From the NCBI GenBank assembly GCA_000708835.1, contig DF237403.1, positions 1 through 64,000 of the forward strand: a DNA stretch of 64,000 bases. The letters run 5' to 3'. Under the pieces are notes generated by a model. That model saw only the letters and a list, made by a program, of their open reading frames with translations. It made no database searches and was not told where the DNA came from. The DNA comes from Klebsormidium nitens (Eukaryota; Plantae; Klebsormidiophyceae). Shown piece by piece: positions 1 to 11,519 of this stretch. A program made the translations under genes and the position numbers. Position 1 is the first letter of the stretch; every line of letters starts with the position of its first letter.

Positions 1-189
1 ATTCGGAATCATCACGTTGGACTACGGTAGTGGAGACAGACGTCAGCCACGAAAAGGAAAGCGCAAACCCTAATTCTCACTTCTCTAAAGGAATGGTGTT
101 ATTTGTATATTTGTAGAGAAGTAGCAAGATGCTGCAAGATGCACATAGTCTTTAGATACATAATACATGTTCGCTTTGCACTTTTCTAC

Positions 190-434
190 CTTCTTAGGGA
201 AGAAGCGCCTGAACGGCTCTGCGAGTGGGATGATTGCTCTGCAGCAGACAGGATCAGAGTGCACAGAATTGTTGCATTGCTCGCCCATCGGTAGTCAGCA
301 TTGTGCCACTGAGCGGCACCCTGCATGGATGAATTGGCCTTCGAGTCCCTCAAACCATCGAACTCAGCATTGCCTTTGAGCATCTTAATGCCAAAACGCT
401 TGTAGCCTGCAGCATTGCTTTGCGAGCACATCAT
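190..434 (-). CDS. Possible first coding exon of a gene running off the left edge (presequence-like, unidentified)
   Basis: ORF from ATG 434 (MMCSQSNAAG...AEFDGLR...SSLRR) with a candidate donor AG|GTAGAA at 189. It lies head-to-head with the GT47 gene, like the other divergent pairs here. No recognisable domain. Confidence 0.3.
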
Positions 435-677
435 AAGTCAGTTGATCAGCGTGCTAATAGACTAGAGCAATCTGACCGAGTGGGTATTTGAGGACCAGTC
501 GTTTGAACAAGGTCGAACACATTAGTATCCGAGCGTCATTCAACTAAAGTAGCGCCCTTGATAGGACCCAAACTAGAGATCTGTGCTTCGTCATTCAGGG
601 GCCGTTAGCATGATGCAAAGTAAGATTGTCACCAAACCAACCAAAAGCATGCGCTGGATTTCTTGACAAGAGACATA

Positions 678-3600
678 ATGCAGTCCTCTGCGTTTCTCAG
701 CAAGGCTGAGAGCAGAAAGGGCGCCACCAGAAGCTCCCGCTTTGGCCTCCTCCTCTTTGCTCTGCTCTGCCTAGCGCTGACGTGGCCCCTCCTCTTTGGA
801 GAGTATCAATTCAAGATTCAGTTCGACGTCTGGCAAACTCCTGAGATCAGGTTCCTAAAGCAGGTCAATGAGCATAAGCAGGCGCAAACCGAAGGGGGAC
901 TGCTTGGCGCCAAGTCAGACATCCCAGGGGGGGTCAAATGGCATGGGAGCGTGCCCCATGGGAGAAAGGATCGGGGGGAGAAGCTGGGGGGTTGCGCAGG
1001 GGGCCTGAATGGGGAGGAATGTAACAGTGATGGAGCGATCAATGGGCGGGCGTTGTCTGAGCGGCCTCAGGGGGCGACAGGTGGCGGCCAGGAAGTGTGC
1101 CAGGTGGACGGTTCTGCTTGCAAGGGAGTGCAAGAGAAGCTGAGAGTGTTTGTGTACGAGCTCCCCGCAAATATGTCAACCGACTTCTACAAGCATCCCA
1201 GCGCCATGGTGAGACTCGAAGCTCAGAGTTGACCTCTTATTTGGTGTCACCACAGGCATGTTTGACTATTCCAGAATAACAACATTCTTCCTTGCCGAGT
1301 TCTTCAAATTACTCGTGAATGGTTGTTTGTTGGCCGCAGTTACATGCTGACAGGCCCTGCCACTTCTTATTTTGAACCTTGCTTTTCCAAGCCTCTGAAT
1401 CTGACACTTTTGAGGCTGTACTCACATTGCTGATAATCAGGAGCATGCCCCTAGTAGACCACCTGAGATTCTCTTGTCTGTCTTCCTTCTAATCTGAGCT
1501 TCTTTGAACCACTGCATCATACTGCAGTGCATTGCAAGATGAGGGCACAACTCAGTCGAACCACGATCATAGACACAAACTCCGCCCCTTGCATTGCAGC
1601 AAGGTTCCAACTCAGCTGAGTGGTGGATCTACCGAGACCTGGTCCGTTTGCGTCCGGACAGCACTTCCCCTGCCGTCCGAGTGTCCGACCCCGCGCAAGC
1701 GGACGTGTTCTTTGTGCCATTCATGGGGTCGCAGGCGTTCCTGTGCGCGGACAGCGCGCAGTACACTCTCGTGGACCATGCGGACGTGTGTGGGGAGCTC
1801 AAGGGGAAGAACCACCAGCTGCAGGTCAGCGGGCTGGTCTCTGGTTCTATTCACCTGTGCTGACAGGTTTTTCGGGAGTAGAATGGACGGCAGATGGCTT
1901 CGTTGTCCGCACGAATCGAAGAGGGCTTTCGAATTTGAGCTTGTACGTACCCGAAGTTTGCACTACGTTGCCACCAAGTCTCTTCGATGCAGCCGGCATA
2001 GCGTTTCTCTTAGAGTCTGTTGTGTCGAGCGACTTGCCGGCAAACTTCGTTCGAAAACTCAGCTTCGGAACCTCGGGGTTGCCAGAGACTCCATTGAAGG
2101 AGTTGCATGATCGCGTCTTCAGGTTTGAAGCGACCTTGAAGAAAATCGACTATTCGAGCTGCTCGACTTGTCAGAATCATAGCGCCAAATTAGAACTAAC
2201 TGCATGGCTTTACAATAACTTGATCCTTGAGTGATAACATAGGGTTCAGCCCATTAGGCCCCTTTGACAGTTGTCACCATCCTTTCCCTTCAATCCGAAG
2301 CGCCTCATTTCGGATCCGTGTTTGATCCGTCCTTCTGCAAGGACAACCATTGCTGCGAGCTCGCTCTACACAAACCTGCAAATCACTGGCATGCGTTCGC
2401 TTCGCTACAGCTCAGGTCTTCAGGAAAGAGTGCATGATTGCTTGGCGGGATTTGCAGCAGCAGTCATAGCATTGCTCCAGTGAGATGGACCACATCTCCC
2501 CTCTTTCAGCAGCAAACTCCCGGAACTTTGGCTTTTGGTTCTACTCTCCTGATCGCTCATTGATATCCTGGTAGACTGCCCAGTCCCCCACCCCCCCCTG
2601 GGAGACGGAATGCATGCGTGGCTATCACAGCAGGAGCCGTGAGGAAGGGCGCATTCTCTTCTTTGTGCCACTTCTCAGTCAGTTCTTCCTTCAGTTCAAC
2701 TCCCCGGCTTCCTCAATTTGCATATATGCTGACAGACGGTGCAATCCTCGCCCCCCTTATAGGAAGAACTGCACACGTGGCTGGCGCAGCAAGAGCCGTG
2801 GCGTCGCTCCGGGGGGGTGGACCACGTGTTCATGCTGGTGCACCCGCTGGCGCTGGACCGCAAGCGCACCGACTTCCGGCAAGCGCTGTTCCTGCTCACC
2901 GACTTTGCGCAGGCCTGGTCCTGGGAGGTGCGTAACAAGTGACGTCAGCACTGTCAGGTTGTTGATTACGAGTCTGATTACGAGTCGTCACGATGGAGGG
3001 CTTTCCGTCGGATCGAAAACCACTTCCGGCAAGGGCTATTCCCGCAAATCGACTTTGCACAGGCCTGGTCAACGATTCAAGACTCTTCGTTGAGCTTTCT
3101 TCTCATTTCTCATCGAAGATATTCAAATAAAACTGTCCCATTAGCCTGGCCTTCGGATGAGCGTGCGCTGAGAGGACTGGATGCTCGGGCGAACCCCATG
3201 TCTCAAAGTGAACGGAGTCCGACCGCTTTTTCTACATCTCGCAGTGCCTCGTCGGGACCAAGTGTCATAGCTGGTGCTTCGTAGCACAAAACCGACACAA
3301 GAAATCGTAACATGACCCAAACTTTTGGAACACTCTGGCTACAAGGACGTTTCTTCCTGCGGTCGACTCAGGCTGCTTTCCTTTGGGCCACGAAAGTTAC
3401 GCTCCGTCGGCGCCACGTTCAATGACTTTTGAAGAGTCCAGAGTAACGTACTTGCACACTGATCCGGCCGAGCATAGTACTTCCTGACATGTCTCCAAAT
3501 CATACTGGATTTTAGAAAGCGACTAACGAGCGCCACGCGTTGCGCTGCCAGGTGTCGCTGACAAAGGATGTGGTGGTGCCGTACATGCACGTGGTGGAGA

Positions 3601-6368
3601 GCCTGCCACGTGGCGTAGCCGCTGACATGGCATCGTCTGCGTACCTGCGAAATCTTACGACGCTGCTCTTCTTCACGGGGAATCTACAGAGGCTGGTGAG
3701 CATGCCCGCCATCTGCTCGCAGCTGTGGGCGAAGGGTGACGACTATGCGCAATGGCACACCGATGTACTTCTGGCCTCTTTCTCGGGCACCTTAAACTCG
3801 CACCCAAGATCCTGCACGGCCAGTCTGCCATTCATTAGGTGCGAACTTTGCGGAATTGGACGACATACTATACTCTCTGCCTGTTTAGGAGCTATCGAAC
3901 ACTCAGTCGAAAACAACATCTTGGGTGCAAGGTTAAGAAGCCCGAGTTTGGAAGCTGGCATAGGAGCCAGTCCGCAAATGCCCAGCAAATATTTTCCAGA
4001 AGCTTTCCAATCATTTAGAAGTTTTCCCCAACACCGATGAGAGACTGGTTGGCCTGCCAAAACAAATCTTGCGAGGAGCGGGGATTGTACGACGACGTCT
4101 CTGACCGCTCTACTGCATCCAAACCGCGGTGCACGAGCGGACTGAAGTTCACTTCGAAACCATGCTGCCAAAAGTTTCGTCTCTCGCTGCTTTGTTGATT
4201 AGTAATGACTGGGTTGGTCATAATCTTAAAAACTACCTCTTTTTAGGACAAGGTTGCCGGCAGACTTTGCCCATCTGTTTGCATTTCGCTTCCGTTCAGG
4301 GAATGGGTGCCGTCCGGAAGCAACTGGCGGACCTCCTCGCGGACGCTCCGGACGTCATCATCCGGTCTGCGAACACCGGGAACGTGGTGACGTCAGACCT
4401 CCTCAGCAGGACCGCAGACGAGATGCGCCGCTCGCGCTTCTGCCTGGTGAGGGTCCGGACGCTTCGGACGCGGATGTTACAGACTGCTTAACAATGGAAA
4501 TGTTTAGGGACTTTCAGGGAATATCTCGTCGTCTTCTCCTTTTAGCTCGGACGCTTTGGGAAGGGATGGCTCAACGCGTACCATATGCGGCGTAGTAAAT
4601 GCGGACGCTTCAGTCCCGGACGCGTTGGTTGCGGACGATCTCGGTCGCAACCGCTTCGGATAGTAACGTCCTTGCTGAAGGGAAGGCACAGCTGCGGCCG
4701 CTCTGCAGCGTTTAAGACGCCGCATCTCACAGACGTTGGACTAATCCGGCGGCAAACCCCAAAAGACTTACTTTCAGCTGGTCATGGGTCACAAGAACCG
4801 GGCAGCTACCAGTCTCCGGATTTTGCATTCTCGAAACAAAGGCCTGTTTGCTCCCCCGTTTCAGCACCCGGCGGGCGACACCCCCTCCTCGTCGCGCATC
4901 TTCGACGCGATCGTGAACCTGTGCATACCGGTAGTCGTCTCGGACGACCTAGAGCTCCCGTTTGAGGACCAGCTGGACTACAGGTGGCGCTTCCTTCCTC
5001 TCCACTTGATCTCGCTCTTCCCAAATCCTCTTCCAGCCCCCTTCCCTACCTCCGACATCCTTGACTTTCTGCATGGCGCGTAGTCCAGTTTCAGTCTGAA
5101 GGATATAGTCAGCATTTGGCCCGAGCGGACCTCCAGTATGTTTGGTTATTGGCCTTGCCAGATTCGTGTTGAAGTTCTGAGCAATCAGCGCCGCATCGCC
5201 CCCGCTTCAACGAGCTCATGACGTGCTACATGATTCATGCGAATCAGGACGACGCGCTGTCCTGAACTGCTTGTTGCATGACGTCACCGACTAGTCATCG
5301 GCTTTGATGACGCACGTGCAGCGAGTTCAGCGTGTTCGTCAAGGAGCGAGACGCAGTTCAACCGGGCGTCCTCCTGCAGCGCCTCCGGACGATATCGGAC
5401 GAAACCGTCCTCCGAATGAGGCAAAAGCTCCTCGAGGTAGGATTCTCACAATATGGAGCCCTCAAATCGAAGATCTTCCCACCGATGCGCGCGCTCAAAC
5501 TCCATTCTGCCCGGTCCAGCCTCGCAATCTCCGTTTGCGTGACCGCGGTGGAGAGGGATTCCGACCGCGTAGTCGACCGCTTGATTCGTCCTTTGTGCGC
5601 GCATCAGAGGTTTGCAGACAATGAATAAGCGCGGATGCTGGGGTTTGCTTCTAAGGTGTCGTTCCCAAATTCGCCCAAAATGTCGTCGGTCGAGTTACGA
5701 TATCTCGCATCGTCCTCTTCTTACAACCTTGGAGGATCCGTCTCGCACGCCCCAAAAGGCGTTCTCCTGCAAGCGCAAAGCTTATGCGTGTTTTGCTCAG
5801 AAAATTCATTTGGAGCGCCAGAAAAACTTGTTTATAAAGCGCTCACTTTCACGTTATGTATTTCCGAGAAATGCTTCTGAATGTTGTCAGCTGCGCGGAC
5901 CACGTCCCGGACTGGCCTGAATGCTCGCGCGGATCACTTTGGGTCGGCGGCAACAGACTCTCCTTCGAAACGCTTTTTAGATGGTCCTACGTACTAAACA
6001 TCATGCTTCTGAACAAAACCTCGCTGCTCCCAATCGCTTCGACCACCTTCGAGCCGATTCCAAACGTTTCCCAATTAGTCCTGTTCCAAGATGGAAAGGC
6101 CCACTGCTTGTATTCGCTTGATATCCATAATCTCTTTCTTTTACTGGCTTTGTGACAGGTGCGTGACTACTTTGAGTACTCGGAACCGTGGTCGCGGCGG
6201 GTGAGCGCCCAGAGCCTCATCTGGCGGGAGGTCGCTGCGCGAGTTCCGTCGATCCGGCTGCGGATGGCGCGGAAACGGCGCGAGGCACCGCAGGAGCAGC
6301 CGGCGACGATGGACAATCTGCGGCCAGAGAGAAACTTCCACCTGAACGGAAACTGGAGCGACTCATGA
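678..6368 (+). CDS. Exostosin-family glycosyltransferase (GT47), type II membrane protein, about 551 aa, 8 exons
   Basis: Exons 678-1208, 1600-1824, 2763-2927, 3552-3695, 4300-4446, 4865-4983, 5322-5436, 6159-6368; all GT-AG and phase-consistent. N-terminal TM segment ([19 protein letters not shown]). GT47 motifs [78 protein letters not shown]. Confidence 0.93.
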
Positions 6369-7374
6369 AGCTGTCGTCACAACGGAAAAGGTAGTGGCGT
6401 AGAATCGGATTGCCGGAAGTCTTGCGGGGAGAAGGGGAGACATCAAAGTGACTATCGGACTTGTTTGCAGCCATTGGATCGCAAAGCCTGTAATCGACGT
6501 CTTAAGCAGGGATGATTGCTGCGAGCGCGCGTTTTTTTAGCAATATAAATAGAGGGCACATCTGCAACAGAATCACGTCTGGATCGTACATGGCTGAGAG
6601 GCTGAAACGGCGCTAGGGCCTGAGCACGCAAGAGACACTTGGAAAATAGTCGTTGTGTAGTCACATGAATCTATCTGCTTCTTACAACAATACATGCGGC
6701 ACAAGTGCAGTGTCAGCTTAGAGATCATGCCGAAAGAAGTGCTTATAGTTTACAAACGGTTCTTCCTAGTTGCGCAGTGAAACATGAAGAGGACAGTCAC
6801 GGAAATACCATAGAAACAGTTAAGTTCCCCGTGAAGAAGTTGTAGAAACGTGCAGCTGGCCCGGCCGGCCGGTCGGGGGCCCGTCGTCCAAGAAATGCAT
6901 GCACGTGGGAAGCTTTTCAACCCTTTGTCTCGCTCGGCATCCTGCTAATGTTTTCTGTACTTGGATCAGCGCTCTCTTCTTCTTTCATGCATTCTGACGT
7001 ATATACTGCATAAATCGTCGGCTGCAACCCAGATCATTGACAACATTCATACACCCAAAAGCTGATGATATTTAGATTTGACTCCAAATTGTATCTGCCA
7101 TTGCGATTCAACGGAGAGTTAATCGCGTTCAAGTATAGCGCCAAATTGAGCAGGGTCGATTGACACTGAGCCCGGTAGGCTATACTCCAGCTGCTCATTC
7201 AAATGCTGTCTTAGCCGATTTTCCGGCCCGCCCCACGTCAACAAGGCCGATAAACATACGCTCACCTGGTCCGATGCGTCGGGGCCGACTTCGATTGAGA
7301 ACTTGGCATGCATGCAAATCCAGGAATCATGCACATGTGCGTACTGTTTTTTCTTATATAAGTGTAATTGTTTG

Positions 7375-8250
7375 ATTAACGCCGTTTCGGAGCCATGATT
7401 GGCTAAGTCGACGATTGTCCTATTATGCTAGCTCGCCTCTCTAAAGAAGTATGCAGAAATTTACCTACCGCATACTTGTCCTGCAAATTAAGGAAAGCTT
7501 TCAAATTTCTATTCTCCCTGTTCGCAAATAGAATGTGAAAGACTTTTCGAATGTCGCTATAGGCCGGACAATCATAGACAAAATGCCTTTCCGACTCTAC
7601 TGCTTCCAACGTGCACACCTTGCAGAGTCTCTCCTCGCGAGCGATCCCTTGCCAACTCCCTGTTTCGATAGCTAGCTTGTGGGCTCCGACTCCGAATTTG
7701 GCTAGAGTGTCGAAGTACTTGGAGACGCCTATTTCATCTATGAAAGACTCAAAGGAGTAGCCTTCCTTGACATCCTCAAAGTACGTGCAAAACTTTCTGC
7801 CGTACCCCTCTCTTAGATCTTGCATATATGCCATCTCAGACCTCTCTTGAAGCCGCCAGGTTTAGAACACCTATACTCTTATCTGCTGAAACGAGTTCAC
7901 AAGCCTTTCCTACAATCCTCGCATATACCACCCGCCTTCGTTTGCTGCCCACATCTCCTTCGACTCCTCGAATGCCAAGCGGGCCAACCGATTTTCTGCA
8001 AGACTTGCCGTCCGGCTGACAAACTTGAAGACCTGCGCCCAACGTCTGATCACCAAGGGGAACCGACCGAATTCTCCCAAGACGGCCTTGGACAGCGACG
8101 ATTTCCGGACTTTCAACAAATCCCTTAAAAACGCGCGATGCACCTTCTCAGGACCGTCCCCATCGCCGTTCCAACCCCACTCCGGACAGTAGCCGGGGCC
8201 CCAGACCTCCGCTCCATACCCGAGAATTGGGCTAACCAAAATATATATAG
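7375..8250 (-). mobile_element. 5'-truncated, inactivated non-LTR retrotransposon (LINE; RTE-X-like C-terminus by inference)
   Basis: ORFs 7910-8239 and 7403-7834 are in the same frame, separated by three stops. They contain the RT thumb motif LVSPILGYGAEVWG, plus KVHRAFLRDLLKV and GEFGRFPL. The C-terminal CCHC region is GAHKLAIETGSW...REERLCKVC...VESERHFVYDCPAY. Boundaries are approximate; no convincing TSD. Confidence 0.85.
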
Positions 8251-11200
8251 GCAGTATTACTGTGGCCTACATAGTTGGCCGGACATATGCGTAATGTTGC
8301 CGCCGTGCATTATGCATGGCATGCATGCAATTGGAAGCTCGCCGGCGCAATGATGAAGTATCCATGAAACAATCCGTCAATAACATAATGATGAGTTGAA
8401 GTGCACATATATGATGGTGCCCATGCAAGCTTGCGAATTTCTACGGTGCAGGCCGCGCCAGCACCTGTATGATCGGAGTGCGAATGAAAATATAGCCTTC
8501 GTCTATCTTGGCGAACGTCAAAGTGTGAATCTCCCACCGCCCGCCCAATCCCATGAGCTAACATCTGCTTGCAGCGACTAGCATCATACTTAGTACCTAG
8601 ATACATCTTTAGAAACTGAATTCCGAACGATGTACGGTGCAGCCAGTAATCTATTCAGGCCCACACGCTTACCATTCTAGATTGGACTTGTTCAGAGAAC
8701 ACCTACAGCATTGAAGCATGTTGATTGATTGGTCAGCCTCGGCTTTACCCGTAGCGCAGCGATGCTCCAATGACATGACTGAGACGGAACGACATCACAT
8801 GTCGTAGGGCAGAATTCCACCTAGCGGATCGTACAAGCTTTTGCCAATAGGAAATGCATAGTCCAGCTGCTTATGACTCCAAGTCACATCGAATCTGCAA
8901 CACTTGCAATCGAGTTGAGCCGGACAGAGCAAACAAAGTTTCAACCCTCAACAGCCATTTCGGAAAGGGGGCAATCATGTCAAAGAAAGGGGACGGTTAT
9001 GTCAGATTTCGAGAGTCGCCACCCTCAAAAGCGGGTGTCATAAGCCCCGTTCGCTCAGGTACCGTGCCGCAGCCCCAAGAGTATTCTCGATGCCCGCGTT
9101 CCATGTTTGGGCCAGACGCACCTGCCGTTCTCTCCCGAATAAAGGTTCGTGTTCCTGTCATCGCATGCAGAAAATCTATCATTGTATCGATCACCCAAAA
9201 CCAAGAGAAGTTCATACCGATTGAGCTCGATGAAAGTGCGTAAGCCTCTAAGACTGGGTACCGTCAGGAGCAAGAACGGATCAGAGCGTGCCATACAGTT
9301 GCATGGACTTTGACTTGCCACATTCGATCACCTGGCTCGACTGTGAACCGCCTCAACTTGAATGTCAATTCATTTCGTATGGTGACAACACGAAAGGGCC
9401 GAAGCTTCAGGTAGCCAGTCAAAGTCAGGGTACCAACATGCATTAAGGTGATTTGACAGGTAGGCTCGTTGCCGCAAAGACTTTAACCACACAGATTAGG
9501 CTAGATTTGGGTCCATAAAATGAAGGAATCCACCGTCTTTAAAAGAAACCTTTACAAATCAGACCTCAACCTCTTGAAACAGGCGTTCCCCAAATACTAA
9601 CCTGAGGTGGGGGAGGCGGGGGCAAGCTGTGGTGTGAGAGCGTCTCCGCTGTTTCCGCTGTCCGCCGCCACAGCTCCCGATGCATGTGGACGTACGCTGC
9701 TGCCCCTGTCACCAGACCGACAAGAAAGCCCGCCGTCCGCTCCTGTGAGTCAGCAAAGTGCGTCAGAAATCCCAGAAGACTGGTGCTGAAGTGGGGAAAT
9801 TTCGGAAAAGAGACCTGTTGTTAGGCAGAAGCAAGCTGGAGCGTGGTCACATGTCCGATAGTGGCAAGAATCTGACGATGAAGATTGGTTTTCTGCCGAA
9901 ATCAGATGTGCGGCTAATCTGTTGCAGGCATGCTTCAGAACAAGATCCCCTTGTGTGATTCTCCAAGTCTGCATCGCAGGTTCAAAAGAGCTTTTCTTGT
10001 TCAGAAGCTCTAATGAAAGCCACTTAGGTAGTAGCTCATTCTGTTCTTTAGTGGTTTCTAGGTACCTGTCCCCACGGCTGGAAGCATTTCTGGAGCCTCC
10101 ACAAAACCAGAAGCCATCAAGCAAGACGCATTTGTAGTGTAGTGTTTGTGACACGGTGAATAAAGTCGATGCAAAGGGTAGTGTTTTCGACGCCCATCAG
10201 CAATCAGCAAGTTGCTGAATATTCCTGAGAAGTAGGTCGGAACACAAATAAAAGGTATGATGATCAGACCATGCTGACCTGCAGCAGTACTGAGACCATT
10301 GCAGTGACGGCTATACTTTTCCCAATGCAGAGTCTTGAATCTTCTCCACCTTGATGTGGGGAGTCGCTTCAGCTTGCAGCACTGCCACTTGCCAAGATCA
10401 CACCACTACTTTCGAATTGCAGAAGATGCCACCCATGCACCTATGCACCGGTGAAACTAAAGAAAGTTCTGTGCAGTTAGTTTCGCTTTACGCTCTAGCC
10501 ACCGGTGGGCCCAGATCCCTTGAGAGATTAGGACAGGCGCATCAACCGGACACAGGATCTATCTGCATGGGCGAGCTACTAAGGGAGTCGGACCAGACTG
10601 CGGGGGAAGACTACGTTGGTTTGCCCACTGCTAGTACCCAGAAACTGTATCTTCTCGTCTCGAACCCTTCTCTCAATATAGGTGGCGCCTTTTGAACCTC
10701 CTCTACTTGCGCTTGCTTCGTTGGGTGCAGCGCGCCTCTCTCAAGTTCAACAGCTGATCAAGCCTCAAGGCTCAAGGCGCTTGAAGTTGCAAAACTTGCC
10801 ACATTGGAGAGGACAATTTGGTGAAAATTCCGTGATCATCTTCAGGTATTTAAAGTATATCATTAATTTTAATCACCGGCCTAGAATTCTAAAGTTGCAA
10901 CTCTCATTTAGAACACGGCTCATAATACATGTATGCGCAGGCCAGCCCTGATATGTTTCTTATCTGCTGATTTGTTTGTCGAGCTTTTACAACGCATATT
11001 CTGTCACAGTCACAGAAGTAAGCTACATGTTCTGATGACAATATGTCCAAAAATTCCTGAAAAGATTAAAATGAGCTCAGAACTTTTGACAGTGGGCAAG
11101 GGGAAAGGGGAAAGCGCGCAAAGCAACTCATGCAGGGCGCTACAACCTGTCCTATAGTACTGCTCTAGACCTTGCATTCTCAGTCCTGTGGCTGTGGGTG

Positions 11201-11519
11201 GTGCACTGCCAAGCGTTGTGCAAGCCAGCTTTCAGAATGAAGATAAAGTTTTCAGAACTGTGAAGCAAATCTTGGACAAAGCTTCTACCCAGGCTCTGGA
11301 GATCCTGCAAATTAGGTCGTATTACCCTCCTGTCTTCTGAGCTGTTTTTACCCAGGTGCAGACGATGAGAGAATTGTCAATACATCCAGTGTGCTGTAGC
11401 TACTAGCCAGTACTGTATGCTGAACAAGGAGGGGCCTATCTGTACTTGACCTAGGCTTTCTCTTTCACTGGATTGCTGAACAGGAGAGATGTGGTTCACA
11501 GCTTAGACAATTTCCAAAG

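Noticed and set aside
7862-7912. LINE written in a TAA/TAG=Gln genetic code (horizontal transfer from such an alga)
   Set aside because: The ORF ends with TAG at 7403-7405, just where this C-terminal domain is expected to end, and host genes use TAA and TAG as stops. C-to-T decay is simpler.
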